Assembly (NCBI GenBank): GCA_965223415.1
Contig: OZ245002.1
Coordinates: 5,504,001-5,568,000, forward strand
Source: Myxococcota bacterium
GTDB taxonomy: Bacteria > Myxococcota_A > UBA9160 > UBA6930
Reading direction: 5' to 3'
DNA: 64,000 nucleotides
This document shows positions 9,567-17,881 of this stretch, piece by piece. A program made the translations under genes and the position numbers. The notes below the pieces were generated by a model. The model saw only the letters and a list, made by a program, of their open reading frames with translations, ran no database searches and was not told the DNA's origin. Within the stretch, counting starts at the first letter, position 1, and every line of letters begins with the position of its first letter.

Positions 9567-11217
9567 CGCGGTCTCCTTGGCGCTTGCGGTTCTCCATTAG
9601 GCTAAGCACATGCCGTGCCACGTCCAACGCCCCGCGTCGCCAGGCAGGCCGATCCGTGCGCAGGGCGAAGCGGGCGCGACGCGGCCATTCGAAGGGTGGC
9701 TCGAAGCTCCGTATCGAGTGATCGAGGAACTCGGGGCCCGCATCGGAGAGGCTCCTGCCGAGGCGCCGGCGGCGCGCGAGCCGGCGCCGCGCCACCGCGC
9801 GCCCGACGCGCACCTCGATGAGCAGGGCGGGACTGCCGGTCGCGTCGGCCAGGGCCCGGGCGGCTTCCCGCTCTCGCCGCGAGGCGAAAGTGGCGTCGAG
9901 CAGCGTGGGCCGGCCCGCGTCCAGGGGCGCCCGGGCGCGCCGCAGCACCGCGCGGTAGACGGCGTGGCGCTTTGCGGGCGCATAGCGTCCACGATCGGCC
10001 GCCGCCGGCCCGGACACGCCACGCTGGCCGGCCGCCACGGGCCCGGAGCCGCCGCCCACCTTGCGCACGCGGTCCGTCGCCACGACCACGCCTCCCACCG
10101 CCCGGGCGATCTCCCGCGCCACACTGCTCTTGCCGCTGCCGACGGTTCCGCACATCACCAGCAGGGGCGCCGGCGGGCGGGGCGCGAGCAGCCGTTGGGC
10201 GAGGGCCGCGTGTCGCAGGGCGCTCTCCCGCGCCGCCGCCCGCTGGGCCTCGGGCAGACCGGCGTCTCCCGCCGCGATCGCCGCGACCTTGCCGCGGACC
10301 GCCGCCCGGTAGCTCATGAAGAGATCGACCACGTCGTAGAGCCCGTAGTCGTCGGCGCGCTCGGCGTAGCGGGCGAGGAAGCCCTCGGCGAGGGCCCCGT
10401 GGTCCCTGTAGCGCAGGTCCATCGCCAGAAACGCCACCTCCGAGGCGGCGTCGATATGTCGCAGCTCTTCGGAGAACTCGAGACCGTCGATCACCCGCGG
10501 CGCGTCCGGCCCGGCCTCGAACCACACGTGCTGCAGGTGGAGGTCGCCGTGGCCGTCGACCGCCCGGCCCTCCCGACGCCGGCGCTCGAGGGCGGGGGCG
10601 GCGGCCGCGAGCGCCGCCTCGGTGGCGTCCCGTAGCCCCTTCAGCGCGTCCGGGCCGAGCACCTCCTCCAGGATGTCCAGGTTGTCGCGGATCGGTGCCG
10701 CCACCCGCTCCTGCCAGGCCTCCGGCGGCCAGGGAGCCGGCGTGCCGAGGCCGTGGTGGCGGTGGAACGCCGCCATGCGGTCGGCCACCGCATTGAGGTG
10801 GGCGGAGGTCAGCGCCCCCCGCTCGAGCAGCGAGAGCGCGTCGCGCCCCTCCGCGAGCCGCCGCATCACCACGACGTGCTCGGCCTCCGGATCCTCCACC
10901 CGCGGGCCGACATCTCCCACGCGCACGCCGCCCGAGCCCGGGAGGACCGGTGCCAGTCCGAGGTACACGTCCGGCGAGAGGCGCCGGTTCACCGCCAGCT
11001 CGCGCTCGCAATCCCGGTTGCGCGCGGCGCGCAGGGAGAAGTCGACGAAGCCCAGGGCGACGGACTTGCGCAGCTTGAAGACCCTCCGGCCGGCCAGGAA
11101 GACGTGGGACAAATGGGTCTGAACCCACTCCACGGGCCCAAGGGCGTCCTGGAGCCCCCGGTAGGCCTCCGGACGCGCCAGACCCTCGGCGAGGCGATCG
11201 ATCGGACTCGTCGTCAC
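9550..11217 (-). CDS. Rv2004c-like APH/phosphotransferase + P-loop (AAA_33, gluconate kinase-like) fusion
   Basis: QTHLSHVFL, VFKLRK, GHGDLHLQHV, IDGLEF, EVAFLAMDL, YRAAVRGKV, Walker A GTVGSGKS, LLDATF; GTG start with AGGAGG. Confidence 0.9.
   Translation of the reverse strand: MTTSPIDRLAEGLARPEAYRGLQDALGPVEWVQTHLSHVFLAGRRVFKLRKSVALGFVDFSLRAARNRDCERELAVNRRLSPDVYLGLAPVLPGSGGVRVGDVGPRVEDPEAEHVVVMRRLAEGRDALSLLERGALTSAHLNAVADRMAAFHRHHGLGTPAPWPPEAWQERVAAPIRDNLDILEEVLGPDALKGLRDATEAALAAAAPALERRRREGRAVDGHGDLHLQHVWFEAGPDAPRVIDGLEFSEELRHIDAASEVAFLAMDLRYRDHGALAEGFLARYAERADDYGLYDVVDLFMSYRAAVRGKVAAIAAGDAGLPEAQRAAARESALRHAALAQRLLAPRPPAPLLVMCGTVGSGKSSVAREIARAVGGVVVATDRVRKVGGGSGPVAAGQRGVSGPAAADRGRYAPAKRHAVYRAVLRRARAPLDAGRPTLLDATFASRREREAARALADATGSPALLIEVRVGRAVARRRLARRRRLGRSLSDAGPEFLDHSIRSFEPPFEWPRRARFALRTDRPAWRRGALDVARHVLSLMENRKRQGDRDVEVD
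9605..9620 (-). promoter_or_regulatory. sigma54 -24/-12 promoter motif (inside 3' end of upstream gene)
   Basis: Minus strand TGGCACGGCATGTGCT upstream of the 87-aa gene. Confidence 0.7.
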
Positions 11218-11229
11218 GGGATCCTCCTG

Positions 11230-11245
11230 TGCAGGGCCGGTGCCA
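11230..11245 (-). promoter_or_regulatory. sigma54 -24/-12 promoter motif
   Basis: Minus strand TGGCACCGGCCCTGCA; back-to-back with the plus-strand motif at 11255. Confidence 0.6.
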
Positions 11246-11254
11246 AGGCCGGGC

Positions 11255-11270
11255 TGGCACGCGCCGTGCA
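11255..11270 (+). promoter_or_regulatory. sigma54 -24/-12 promoter motif
   Basis: TGGCACGCGCCGTGCA upstream of the CBS gene at 11309. Confidence 0.7.
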
Positions 11271-11308
11271 CTCCCACCGGGCTGTCGGACACGACGAGGA
11301 GGACGATC

Positions 11309-11782
11309 ATGCACTCGGCGCAGAACGTGATGACGAATCCGGTGGTGGCGGTGAGCCCCGCAATGAGCCTGGCCGACGCCCATCGCCTGTTCGTCGAAGA
11401 GGGCATCCACGGGGCGCCGGTGCTCGATGACGATGGATCGATCGTCGGCGTCGTCACCAGCAGCGATCTGCTGCGCGCCGTCCACGACGAGCACGACAGC
11501 GTCACCCGCTCCAGCGACTACCTCCGGGACCTGCTGGAGTTCTCCGCGCCGGATTGGGCCGGAGAGACCTCCGACTTCCAGGACCGGCTGGGGGAGCGCT
11601 CGGTCGAGGAAGTGATGACCCCCACGGCCGTGACGGTGCGCCCGGACGCCCCCATCTCCGAGGTGGCCCGCGCTCTGCGGGAGAACCGGATCCACCGGGT
11701 CTGGGTGGAAGAAGACGGTAAGCTTCGCGGCGTGATCTCAACCTTCGATCTGCTCCCCATCCTGGAGGAGCTGGCCGGATGA
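11309..11782 (+). CDS. CBS-pair domain protein
   Basis: GAGGAGG SD; VMTNPVV...IHGAPVLD...VGVVTSSD; VMTPT...IHRVWV...GVISTFD. Confidence 0.92.
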   Translation: MHSAQNVMTNPVVAVSPAMSLADAHRLFVEEGIHGAPVLDDDGSIVGVVTSSDLLRAVHDEHDSVTRSSDYLRDLLEFSAPDWAGETSDFQDRLGERSVEEVMTPTAVTVRPDAPISEVARALRENRIHRVWVEEDGKLRGVISTFDLLPILEELAG

Positions 11783-12945
11783 ACGCCCTCCGCCGCTGGG
11801 GCCACGTGCCCCAGCTCGGGATCGTCTTCGGGGCGCTTCTCCTCGGCTGCGGGCATCGTCCGGAGCCGGTTCCGGAGCCGCCGGAGACCCGCGCGACCAT
11901 GGCCGAGATCGTCGCGGCCCTCCAGGTGGCCCTGCCCCTCAGCCTGAGCGAGGAGGCCTTCCACGCGCCGGAGAACCGCGTGGCCCTGGACGAGGCCTTG
12001 GCCCAGCTCAGCCGCAGCGCCGGGGCGCTCGAAGCTCACGGCCAGGGCCGCGACGCGGGCTTCGCCCACATGAGCCACGCCCTCTCCCGCGACGCGGCAG
12101 AGATCGAGTGGCGCCTCCGCCAGGGCCGCTCGGAGGAGGCGCGCTTCCTGCTGGGCGAGCTGGTCGGCGATTGCGTGACCTGCCACTCGCGCCTGCCCGC
12201 CGAGGGCTCGGACCTGGGCCGCTCCCTCTACGAATCCGTCGACGCGAACGCCCTGCCCCGCGCCGAGCGCGTGCGTCTCGAAATCGCCACCCGCCAGTTC
12301 GACCTGGCGCTCACCACCCTCGAGGCGTTGATCGCCGACGAGACGGTGAGCCCGTCCCAGCTCGACCTGGGCGGCTTCCTCTCGGACTACCTACGCGTGA
12401 GCATCCGCGTCCGGGCGGATCTGGCCCGACCGCGCACGACCCTCGACGCGTGGCGTCAGCGCGCCGAGCTGCCGGCCTACCTCGATCACATCACGGCCAG
12501 CTGGGTCGACGCCCTCGGGAGCCTGCGCGTCGACGCGGAGCCCGGTGCCGAGCTGGCAGAGGCGCGCACCGTGGCCGACCAGGCGACGGCCCTGCGGCGC
12601 TTCCCCGCGGATCGCGGCACCCTCGTCCACGACCTGGTGGTGTCGAGCCTGCTCCACCGGGCGCTGGCGCGGCAGACCCTCGCGCCGGACGACGCCTCCG
12701 AGGCGTACTTCCTGCTCGGCCTCGCGGAGCTGCGGGTCGCCCACTCCTACTGGCTCGCGGCGCCGGAGGCCTACCTGGAAGCGGCGATCCGCTCCGCGCC
12801 GGGCTCGCGCTTCGCGCGGGAGGCCTACCTGGTGCTCGAAGAGGAGACGATCGCCGGCTACACGGGCTCGGGAGGCACCCAGCTTCCGGCGGCCGTGGCG
12901 AGCTGGCTGGAAGAGCTGCGGGGGCTGGCGCTCACGGAGCCCTAG
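11779..12945 (+). CDS. Lipoprotein with a single c-type heme motif and a helical-repeat C-terminus
   Basis: Lipobox LLLG-C; CVTCH after a four-helix region; ATGA overlap with the CBS gene. Confidence 0.75.
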   Translation: MNALRRWGHVPQLGIVFGALLLGCGHRPEPVPEPPETRATMAEIVAALQVALPLSLSEEAFHAPENRVALDEALAQLSRSAGALEAHGQGRDAGFAHMSHALSRDAAEIEWRLRQGRSEEARFLLGELVGDCVTCHSRLPAEGSDLGRSLYESVDANALPRAERVRLEIATRQFDLALTTLEALIADETVSPSQLDLGGFLSDYLRVSIRVRADLARPRTTLDAWRQRAELPAYLDHITASWVDALGSLRVDAEPGAELAEARTVADQATALRRFPADRGTLVHDLVVSSLLHRALARQTLAPDDASEAYFLLGLAELRVAHSYWLAAPEAYLEAAIRSAPGSRFAREAYLVLEEETIAGYTGSGGTQLPAAVASWLEELRGLALTEP

Positions 12946-13071
12946 ACCGGGATGCGTCCCAGCCCTCTCCTCCGACGCGCCGGCAGTGAGCCCGCAGCGC
13001 TTCCGCCGTCGGTCGCTCCCCGGGTTCCAGGAGCGCGTGACCGCCGCGTGCGACGGCGATGTGCACGCCGC

Positions 13072-14427
13072 CTACCCGAGACCGTGCTCCTCGAGCACGG
13101 TCGCGAGCACCGCCTCGAGCCCCGGCGTGTCGAGGTCCTGGTAGCCGTAACGAGCCCGCACGACGGGAAGATCCAGCTCGAGGAGGGACGCCAGGTCGAC
13201 CGGCGTTCCGGCCACCACCACCTCGGCCCCGGAAGCCTCGATGGTCTGCCGGAGCGCCGCGCGCTGGGCCGCGTCGTAGCCCATGGCGGGGAGGATCGGC
13301 CCGAGGTGCGGAAACGCCGCGAACACCTCGGCGATGGGCGGCGCGGCCTTCGCGCGCGGATCGACGATCTCGGCGGCTCCCGCGCCGGTGGCGGCGACGT
13401 AGCCGGCACCGTGGGGCATGCCGCCGTGGGTGGTCGTCGGTCCATCCTCGACCACGAGGACCCGCCGTCCGCGAACCTGCTCCGGCGCGTCGAGGACCAC
13501 CGGCGAGGCGGCACGCAGCACGGGCACATCCGGCCGCAGGCGACGAACGCCGGCCACGGCCTGCTCGCCGCCCGCCTCGCCAGCGCTGTCCACTTTGTTG
13601 ACCACCACCACGTCGGCCATGCGCAGCACCGTTTCGCCCGGGTGGTGCGTATCGATCTGATCCGGCCGCAGGGCATCGACGACCACGACGTGGAGGTCCG
13701 GCCGCAGGAACGGGAAGTCGTTGTTCCCGCCGTCCCAGACGATCACCTGGGCCTCCTTCTCGGCCGCCGCCAGGATCGCGGCGTAGTCGACGCCGGCGAA
13801 TACGACGGCGCCGGCCTCCAGGTACGCCTCGTACTCCTCCCGCTCCTCGGCGGTGCAGTCGTGGGCTCGCAGGTCCGCGCGCTCGGCGAAGCGCTGCACC
13901 CGCTGGCGGGCGAGATCGCCGTAGGGCATGGGATGGCGCATCGCGACGGCGCGCAGCCCCCGCGCGTGCAGATGAGCGACGATCCAACGCGCGGTCTGCG
14001 ACTTGCCACAGCCGGTGCGAACGGCGGACACGGCGATCACGGGCAGCATGGACGTCAGCATCGTGCGGCGCGGCCCGAGCAGCTCGAAGTCCGCGCCGGC
14101 GGCCAGGGCCCGGGAGGCGAGATGCATGACGTGCTCGTGGGAGACGTCGCTGTAGGCGAACACCACGTCGTGGACGTCCCGCTCGGCGCAGATCTCCTCG
14201 AGGTCTGCCTCCGGGAGGATCGGAATCCCCTGTGGATGGTGCGGGCCGGACAGCTCCCGCGGATAGCGGCGGCCGTCGATCCCGGGGATCTGGGCGGCGG
14301 TGAAGGCCACCACCTCGTGGCGAGGGTCTTCCCGGTAGACCGTGTTGAAGCAGTGGAAGTCACGGCCGGCCGCGCCCAGGATCAGGACGCGGCGTCGCGG
14401 CGGCCCTCCTTCCGTCGGCGATACCAT
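13072..14427 (-). CDS. COG2403-type P-loop NTPase (arginine synthetase ArcE / cyclic-DPG synthetase-like family)
   Basis: LGAAGRDFH.FN, VVAFTAAQIPGI, AVRTGCGKSQ, RHPMPYGDL, EEREEYE, WDGGNNDFPF, VEDGPTTTHGGM. Confidence 0.85.
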   Translation of the reverse strand: MVSPTEGGPPRRRVLILGAAGRDFHCFNTVYREDPRHEVVAFTAAQIPGIDGRRYPRELSGPHHPQGIPILPEADLEEICAERDVHDVVFAYSDVSHEHVMHLASRALAAGADFELLGPRRTMLTSMLPVIAVSAVRTGCGKSQTARWIVAHLHARGLRAVAMRHPMPYGDLARQRVQRFAERADLRAHDCTAEEREEYEAYLEAGAVVFAGVDYAAILAAAEKEAQVIVWDGGNNDFPFLRPDLHVVVVDALRPDQIDTHHPGETVLRMADVVVVNKVDSAGEAGGEQAVAGVRRLRPDVPVLRAASPVVLDAPEQVRGRRVLVVEDGPTTTHGGMPHGAGYVAATGAGAAEIVDPRAKAAPPIAEVFAAFPHLGPILPAMGYDAAQRAALRQTIEASGAEVVVAGTPVDLASLLELDLPVVRARYGYQDLDTPGLEAVLATVLEEHGLG

Positions 14428-14873
14428 CAGCGCGGGACCTGGATCGACTCCAGGTACTCGACCAGGGTCTCGATGCGACCACGGACGATCGCGTCCCCCA
14501 GCTCGTCCTGGGGCAGGCCCTCGAGGAAACGGGTGCCCCAGACCGGCATCTCGCGGGTACCGTGGGCCTGCACCTCGAAGCGCCCATCGATCACGTAGGC
14601 GACGTCGAGGCGGGGGAAGTGGCCGTCGCGGCGCGCGGCGATCCGGGTGAGATCGGCCGGCGGCGTGGCGAGGGCCGTCCCGGCCGGGCCGTCACCCTGG
14701 CCGCCCGCACCGTGACAGGAGGCGCAATGGCGGGCGAACTCCCGGGCGCCCTCGTCCGCCAGGAAGGCGTTGGCCCGGCGCGGCTCCGGCCCGGGCGCGG
14801 CGCAGGCCCCCACCAGGGAGGCGGCTGCGGCGAGGAGGAGGGGGCGGCGGAGCGATCGGACGTGGTGACGCAT
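14427..14873 (-). CDS. Monoheme cytochrome c lipoprotein
   Basis: Signal/lipobox LVGA-C; CASCHG..G.GDGP, PADLT, AHGTREMPVWG, LVEYLESIQ. Confidence 0.9.
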   Translation of the reverse strand: MRHHVRSLRRPLLLAAAASLVGACAAPGPEPRRANAFLADEGAREFARHCASCHGAGGQGDGPAGTALATPPADLTRIAARRDGHFPRLDVAYVIDGRFEVQAHGTREMPVWGTRFLEGLPQDELGDAIVRGRIETLVEYLESIQVPR

Positions 14874-14885
14874 GGCCCAGGCTCT

Positions 14886-14901
14886 AGCAAGACGTGGGCC
14901 C
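14886..14901 (-). promoter_or_regulatory. sigma54 -24/-12 promoter motif (weaker)
   Basis: Minus strand GGGCCCACGTCTTGCT (GG-N10-GC) upstream of the cytochrome c gene. Confidence 0.5.
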
Positions 14902-14911
14902 AGCGGCCCGG

Positions 14912-15484
14912 CTACTCGCTGCTCTCGGCCACGTCGGCGCGCTGGCGGACCGCGACGCGGTGCTCGTCCGTCTCGGAGAGATCGATGTCCACCCGGATCG
15001 CGCCAGCCTCCCGCTCGGATTCCTCCTCGTAGCCGACCTTCTGGAAGACATCGAGCATGCGCCGATTGGTCGGGAGCACGTGGGCCACGAAACGCTCGAT
15101 GCCGTGGGGTCGCGCCGCCTCCGCCAGGCCCTCGAACAGCAGGGTGGCCAGCCCGCGGCCCTGGTGGGCATCGGCCACCTCGAAGGCCACCTCCGCCTCG
15201 CCGGCCACCTGGACGCGCTGGTAGCAGCCGTGGGCCACGATCTCGCCGTCGATCCATGCGGCCAGGCCCAGGTGGCGGCCCGGGTCCGGGTGCGTGTAGC
15301 GATGCAGCTCCTGGGCGGGCAGCTTCGGCCGCGCCGTGAAGTAGCGCAGGTAACGCGTCTCCGGGGAGAGGGCCGCGTGGAAGCGCTCGAAGGCTTCCAG
15401 GTCACCGGGGACGAGGGGCCGCATCCGGGCCTCCCCGCCGTCCTTGAGCCGGACGATCCGCGCCTCGTCCTCCGCGTCGTTCAT
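14912..15484 (-). CDS. Stand-alone GNAT acetyltransferase (similar to the GNAT domain of Pat-type protein lysine acetyltransferases)
   Basis: LKDG...RPLVPGD...LSPETRYLRYF, AEVAFEVADAHQGRGLATLL, VLPTNRRMLDVF. Confidence 0.88.
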   Translation of the reverse strand: MNDAEDEARIVRLKDGGEARMRPLVPGDLEAFERFHAALSPETRYLRYFTARPKLPAQELHRYTHPDPGRHLGLAAWIDGEIVAHGCYQRVQVAGEAEVAFEVADAHQGRGLATLLFEGLAEAARPHGIERFVAHVLPTNRRMLDVFQKVGYEEESEREAGAIRVDIDLSETDEHRVAVRQRADVAESSE

Positions 15485-15504
15485 GCCTCCGAGGCTAGCC
15501 AGGC

Positions 15505-15521
15505 TGGGGCGGAACGTCCCA
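15505..15521. promoter_or_regulatory. Palindromic candidate enhancer/operator (1 mismatch)
   Basis: TGGGGCGGAACGTCCCA about 60 bp upstream of the sigma54 motif at 15581. Confidence 0.45.
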
Positions 15522-15580
15522 GGGTGGGGCACAAGGAAACCGGCGTCGGCGTTGCGCGCCATCCGAGCTCGCCGGGAGGG

Positions 15581-15596
15581 CGGCATGCCGGTTGCT
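15581..15596 (+). promoter_or_regulatory. sigma54 -24/-12 promoter motif
   Basis: CGGCATGCCGGTTGCT upstream of the HPF-diiron operon. Confidence 0.7.
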
Positions 15597-15608
15597 TCCC
15601 ATGCGGTC

Positions 15609-15950
15609 ATGGAGATCCATTGGCGAAACCCCGGTGAGCTGGACGAGGCGGAACGCGACCAGGCGGAGGAGCGGCTCGCGCGCCTCGCCGACGGACACAA
15701 CGACCTGATCGACGTGTGGGTCGACGTGGAGAGCGAGAGCGGCCACCACCGCAACGGGCCGCGCCGGGTCGCCATCCGCTGCCAGGCTCGGCGGGCCGAG
15801 CTGGTCGCCCATGGCGAGGCGGACGAGCCCGCCACCGCCCTCCACCACGCCCTCGAGACCTTCTCCCGCGAAGTCCACCGTCTCCGCGACAAGCGCCGCG
15901 AGAGACGTGCGCGCACCGCCCCACGCATTCCCGAGGAGGAAGCACCGTGA
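15609..15950 (+). CDS. HPF/RaiA-like ribosome hibernation protein (short form)
   Basis: Beta-alpha-beta-beta-beta-alpha pattern; EERLARL, SGHHRNG, ELVAH, ALHHALETFSREVHRLRDKRR. Confidence 0.75.
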   Translation: MEIHWRNPGELDEAERDQAEERLARLADGHNDLIDVWVDVESESGHHRNGPRRVAIRCQARRAELVAHGEADEPATALHHALETFSREVHRLRDKRRERRARTAPRIPEEEAP

Positions 15951-16831
15951 CCGATTTCCTGAAGGGCTACGACATCCAGTACTGGCTCGAATCCGCTCCC
16001 CAGGGCTACCTGCAGGACACGGAGTACGGCCACCGGGTGGGCGAGAAGGAGCCGGACCTGCTGATGGAGGAGGCGACCCTCCGCGAGCAGGCCATCGACA
16101 CCACGGTGCAGCTCGTCGTCGGCGAGCGCTGCGCGCTCGCGGCGTCCTCGGGCCTGATCAACGCCGCCCCGGACGAGGCCAGCAAGCGCTTCCTCGCCAC
16201 CCAGACCCTCGACGAGGCCCGCCATGTCGAGATCTTCACCCATCGGCTCTTCGACCTCGGCGTGAAGCCGAAGGAGCTCGAGGACGTGATCTCCCAGCGG
16301 GCCAACCCGCATCTGGTGAGCTTCGCCGAGCTGCTGCTGGACAAAGTCGACAAGAAGGACTTCGTCGCCGGCGTGGTGGGGCAGAACGTGGTGCTCGAGG
16401 GCATGGCGTTCCGCGTCTTCGAGATGCTCCACGAGGGCAACGCGAAGACCAACCCCAAGTTCGCCCACATCCTCTCGGGCACGATCGCCGACGAGCGTCG
16501 CCACGTAGGCTTCGGCGAGAACCGCATCGGCTCGCTCATCCGCGAGCATCCCGATCGCAAGGGCGACGTGGAGCAGCTGCAGAAGGAGATGTCCTACCAC
16601 ATGCTCGCCACCTTCGGCGCCCAGTTCCGCAAGGGCCCGAGCCCGGCCGAGATGCAGCAGATCATGGAGGACCGCGGCGTGCAGCGAGACGAGGCCGAGT
16701 GGCAGGGCGTGAAGCTCGGTCAGGCCTCTCCGGAAGAGCTCGAAGAGGTGCTCGGCGACACGATCCTGAAGGAGTTCAAGCTCCGGCTCGAGCGGATCGG
16801 CGTCGAGTACCAGACGCCGATCCGGCCCTAG
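15947..16831 (+). CDS. Ferritin-like diiron-carboxylate protein A
   Basis: GAGGAGG SD, GTG start; ligand pattern E(GERCA)...DEARH...E(LEGMA)...DERRH. Confidence 0.88.
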   Translation: MTDFLKGYDIQYWLESAPQGYLQDTEYGHRVGEKEPDLLMEEATLREQAIDTTVQLVVGERCALAASSGLINAAPDEASKRFLATQTLDEARHVEIFTHRLFDLGVKPKELEDVISQRANPHLVSFAELLLDKVDKKDFVAGVVGQNVVLEGMAFRVFEMLHEGNAKTNPKFAHILSGTIADERRHVGFGENRIGSLIREHPDRKGDVEQLQKEMSYHMLATFGAQFRKGPSPAEMQQIMEDRGVQRDEAEWQGVKLGQASPEELEEVLGDTILKEFKLRLERIGVEYQTPIRP

Positions 16832-16832
16832 C

Positions 16833-17618
16833 ATGGCAACCCGCGAGCCGGGGGCAGGCGAGCTGCACGATCTGCCCCCGGACCTCTTCCACGAGCACGT
16901 CCACTCCTTCGAGCACTGGCTGGGCTCGGTCCACGGCTACCTCGAGGACCGTCCCTGGGGCCATCGGGAGGATCTCGCCACCGGGGAGCTCTCCGCCGCC
17001 GAGCGCGACCGACTGGTGTCGACCCTCTGCAACTACTGCGTCGGGGAGACCGCCGCCCTCGAGGGCGCCGGCGGCCTGATCCGCGTGGCCCCGAACCGCC
17101 CCCTCAAGGTGTTCGTCGCCACCCAGGCCGCCGACGAGGCGCGGCACCTCGAGGTGCTGATCCACCGCCTGCGCGAGCTCGGCGTGGACGATCCCGAGGC
17201 GGAGATCACCCGCCGCGCCCACCCGGGCCTGCTGCGCTTCAAGCAAGAGCTCCTCGGCCTGGTCGGCGACGGCGACTGGCTGCGCGCGCTGTTCGCCCAG
17301 AACGTCATTCTCGAGGCGATGGAGTTCACCGTCTTCCGCTACCACGCTCGCGAGGCCGATCCGGTGACGAAGGACCTGCTGGTCGGCATCATCAAGGACG
17401 AGCGCCGTCACATCGGCTTCGGCGAGAACGAGCTGGGCCGCCAGCTCAAGCAGGACGCCGATGCGGCCGCCCGCCTGGCCGCGGTGCGGGAGCGCCTCGA
17501 CCCCCTCGTCCTCCAGAGCTTCGAGCAGGCCCTCGAAGAGCTGGCCGTGCCGGCCGGCGAGCGCCACGAGCTGGGCCGCGACTACCTCGCCGCCGTCGGG
17601 AGGCTCGGGATCGTATGA
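16833..17618 (+). CDS. Ferritin-like diiron-carboxylate protein B (paralog of A)
   Basis: E(GETAA)...DEARH...QNVILE...DERRHIGFGEN. Confidence 0.88.
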   Translation: MATREPGAGELHDLPPDLFHEHVHSFEHWLGSVHGYLEDRPWGHREDLATGELSAAERDRLVSTLCNYCVGETAALEGAGGLIRVAPNRPLKVFVATQAADEARHLEVLIHRLRELGVDDPEAEITRRAHPGLLRFKQELLGLVGDGDWLRALFAQNVILEAMEFTVFRYHAREADPVTKDLLVGIIKDERRHIGFGENELGRQLKQDADAAARLAAVRERLDPLVLQSFEQALEELAVPAGERHELGRDYLAAVGRLGIV

Positions 17619-17881
17619 GTCTCGACGAACCCCGCCAGCGGTTCGACCTCGACGATCGGGGCTTCGACGAGGTGCCCCGCAAGTACCGCAAGTACTACCG
17701 GCGCTGGGAGGGGCCCGACGACGAGCTCGGCCCCAACGAGATCCTGTGCCCGGTCTGCAAGATCGTGGTCCGATCCAATCGCGAGCTGCGCCCGGGCGAT
17801 CGGATGTACTGTATGGCGTGTCTGACGAGGCTGCGGATCACCGAGGCCGAGGGCCGATTGGAGGCCGAGGTCGAGTACTGA
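17615..17881 (+). CDS. Small 4-Cys metal-binding protein (zinc ribbon/rubredoxin-like), 88 aa
   Basis: CPVC-x17-CMAC; ATGA overlap with protein B. Confidence 0.8.
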   Translation: MSLDEPRQRFDLDDRGFDEVPRKYRKYYRRWEGPDDELGPNEILCPVCKIVVRSNRELRPGDRMYCMACLTRLRITEAEGRLEAEVEY

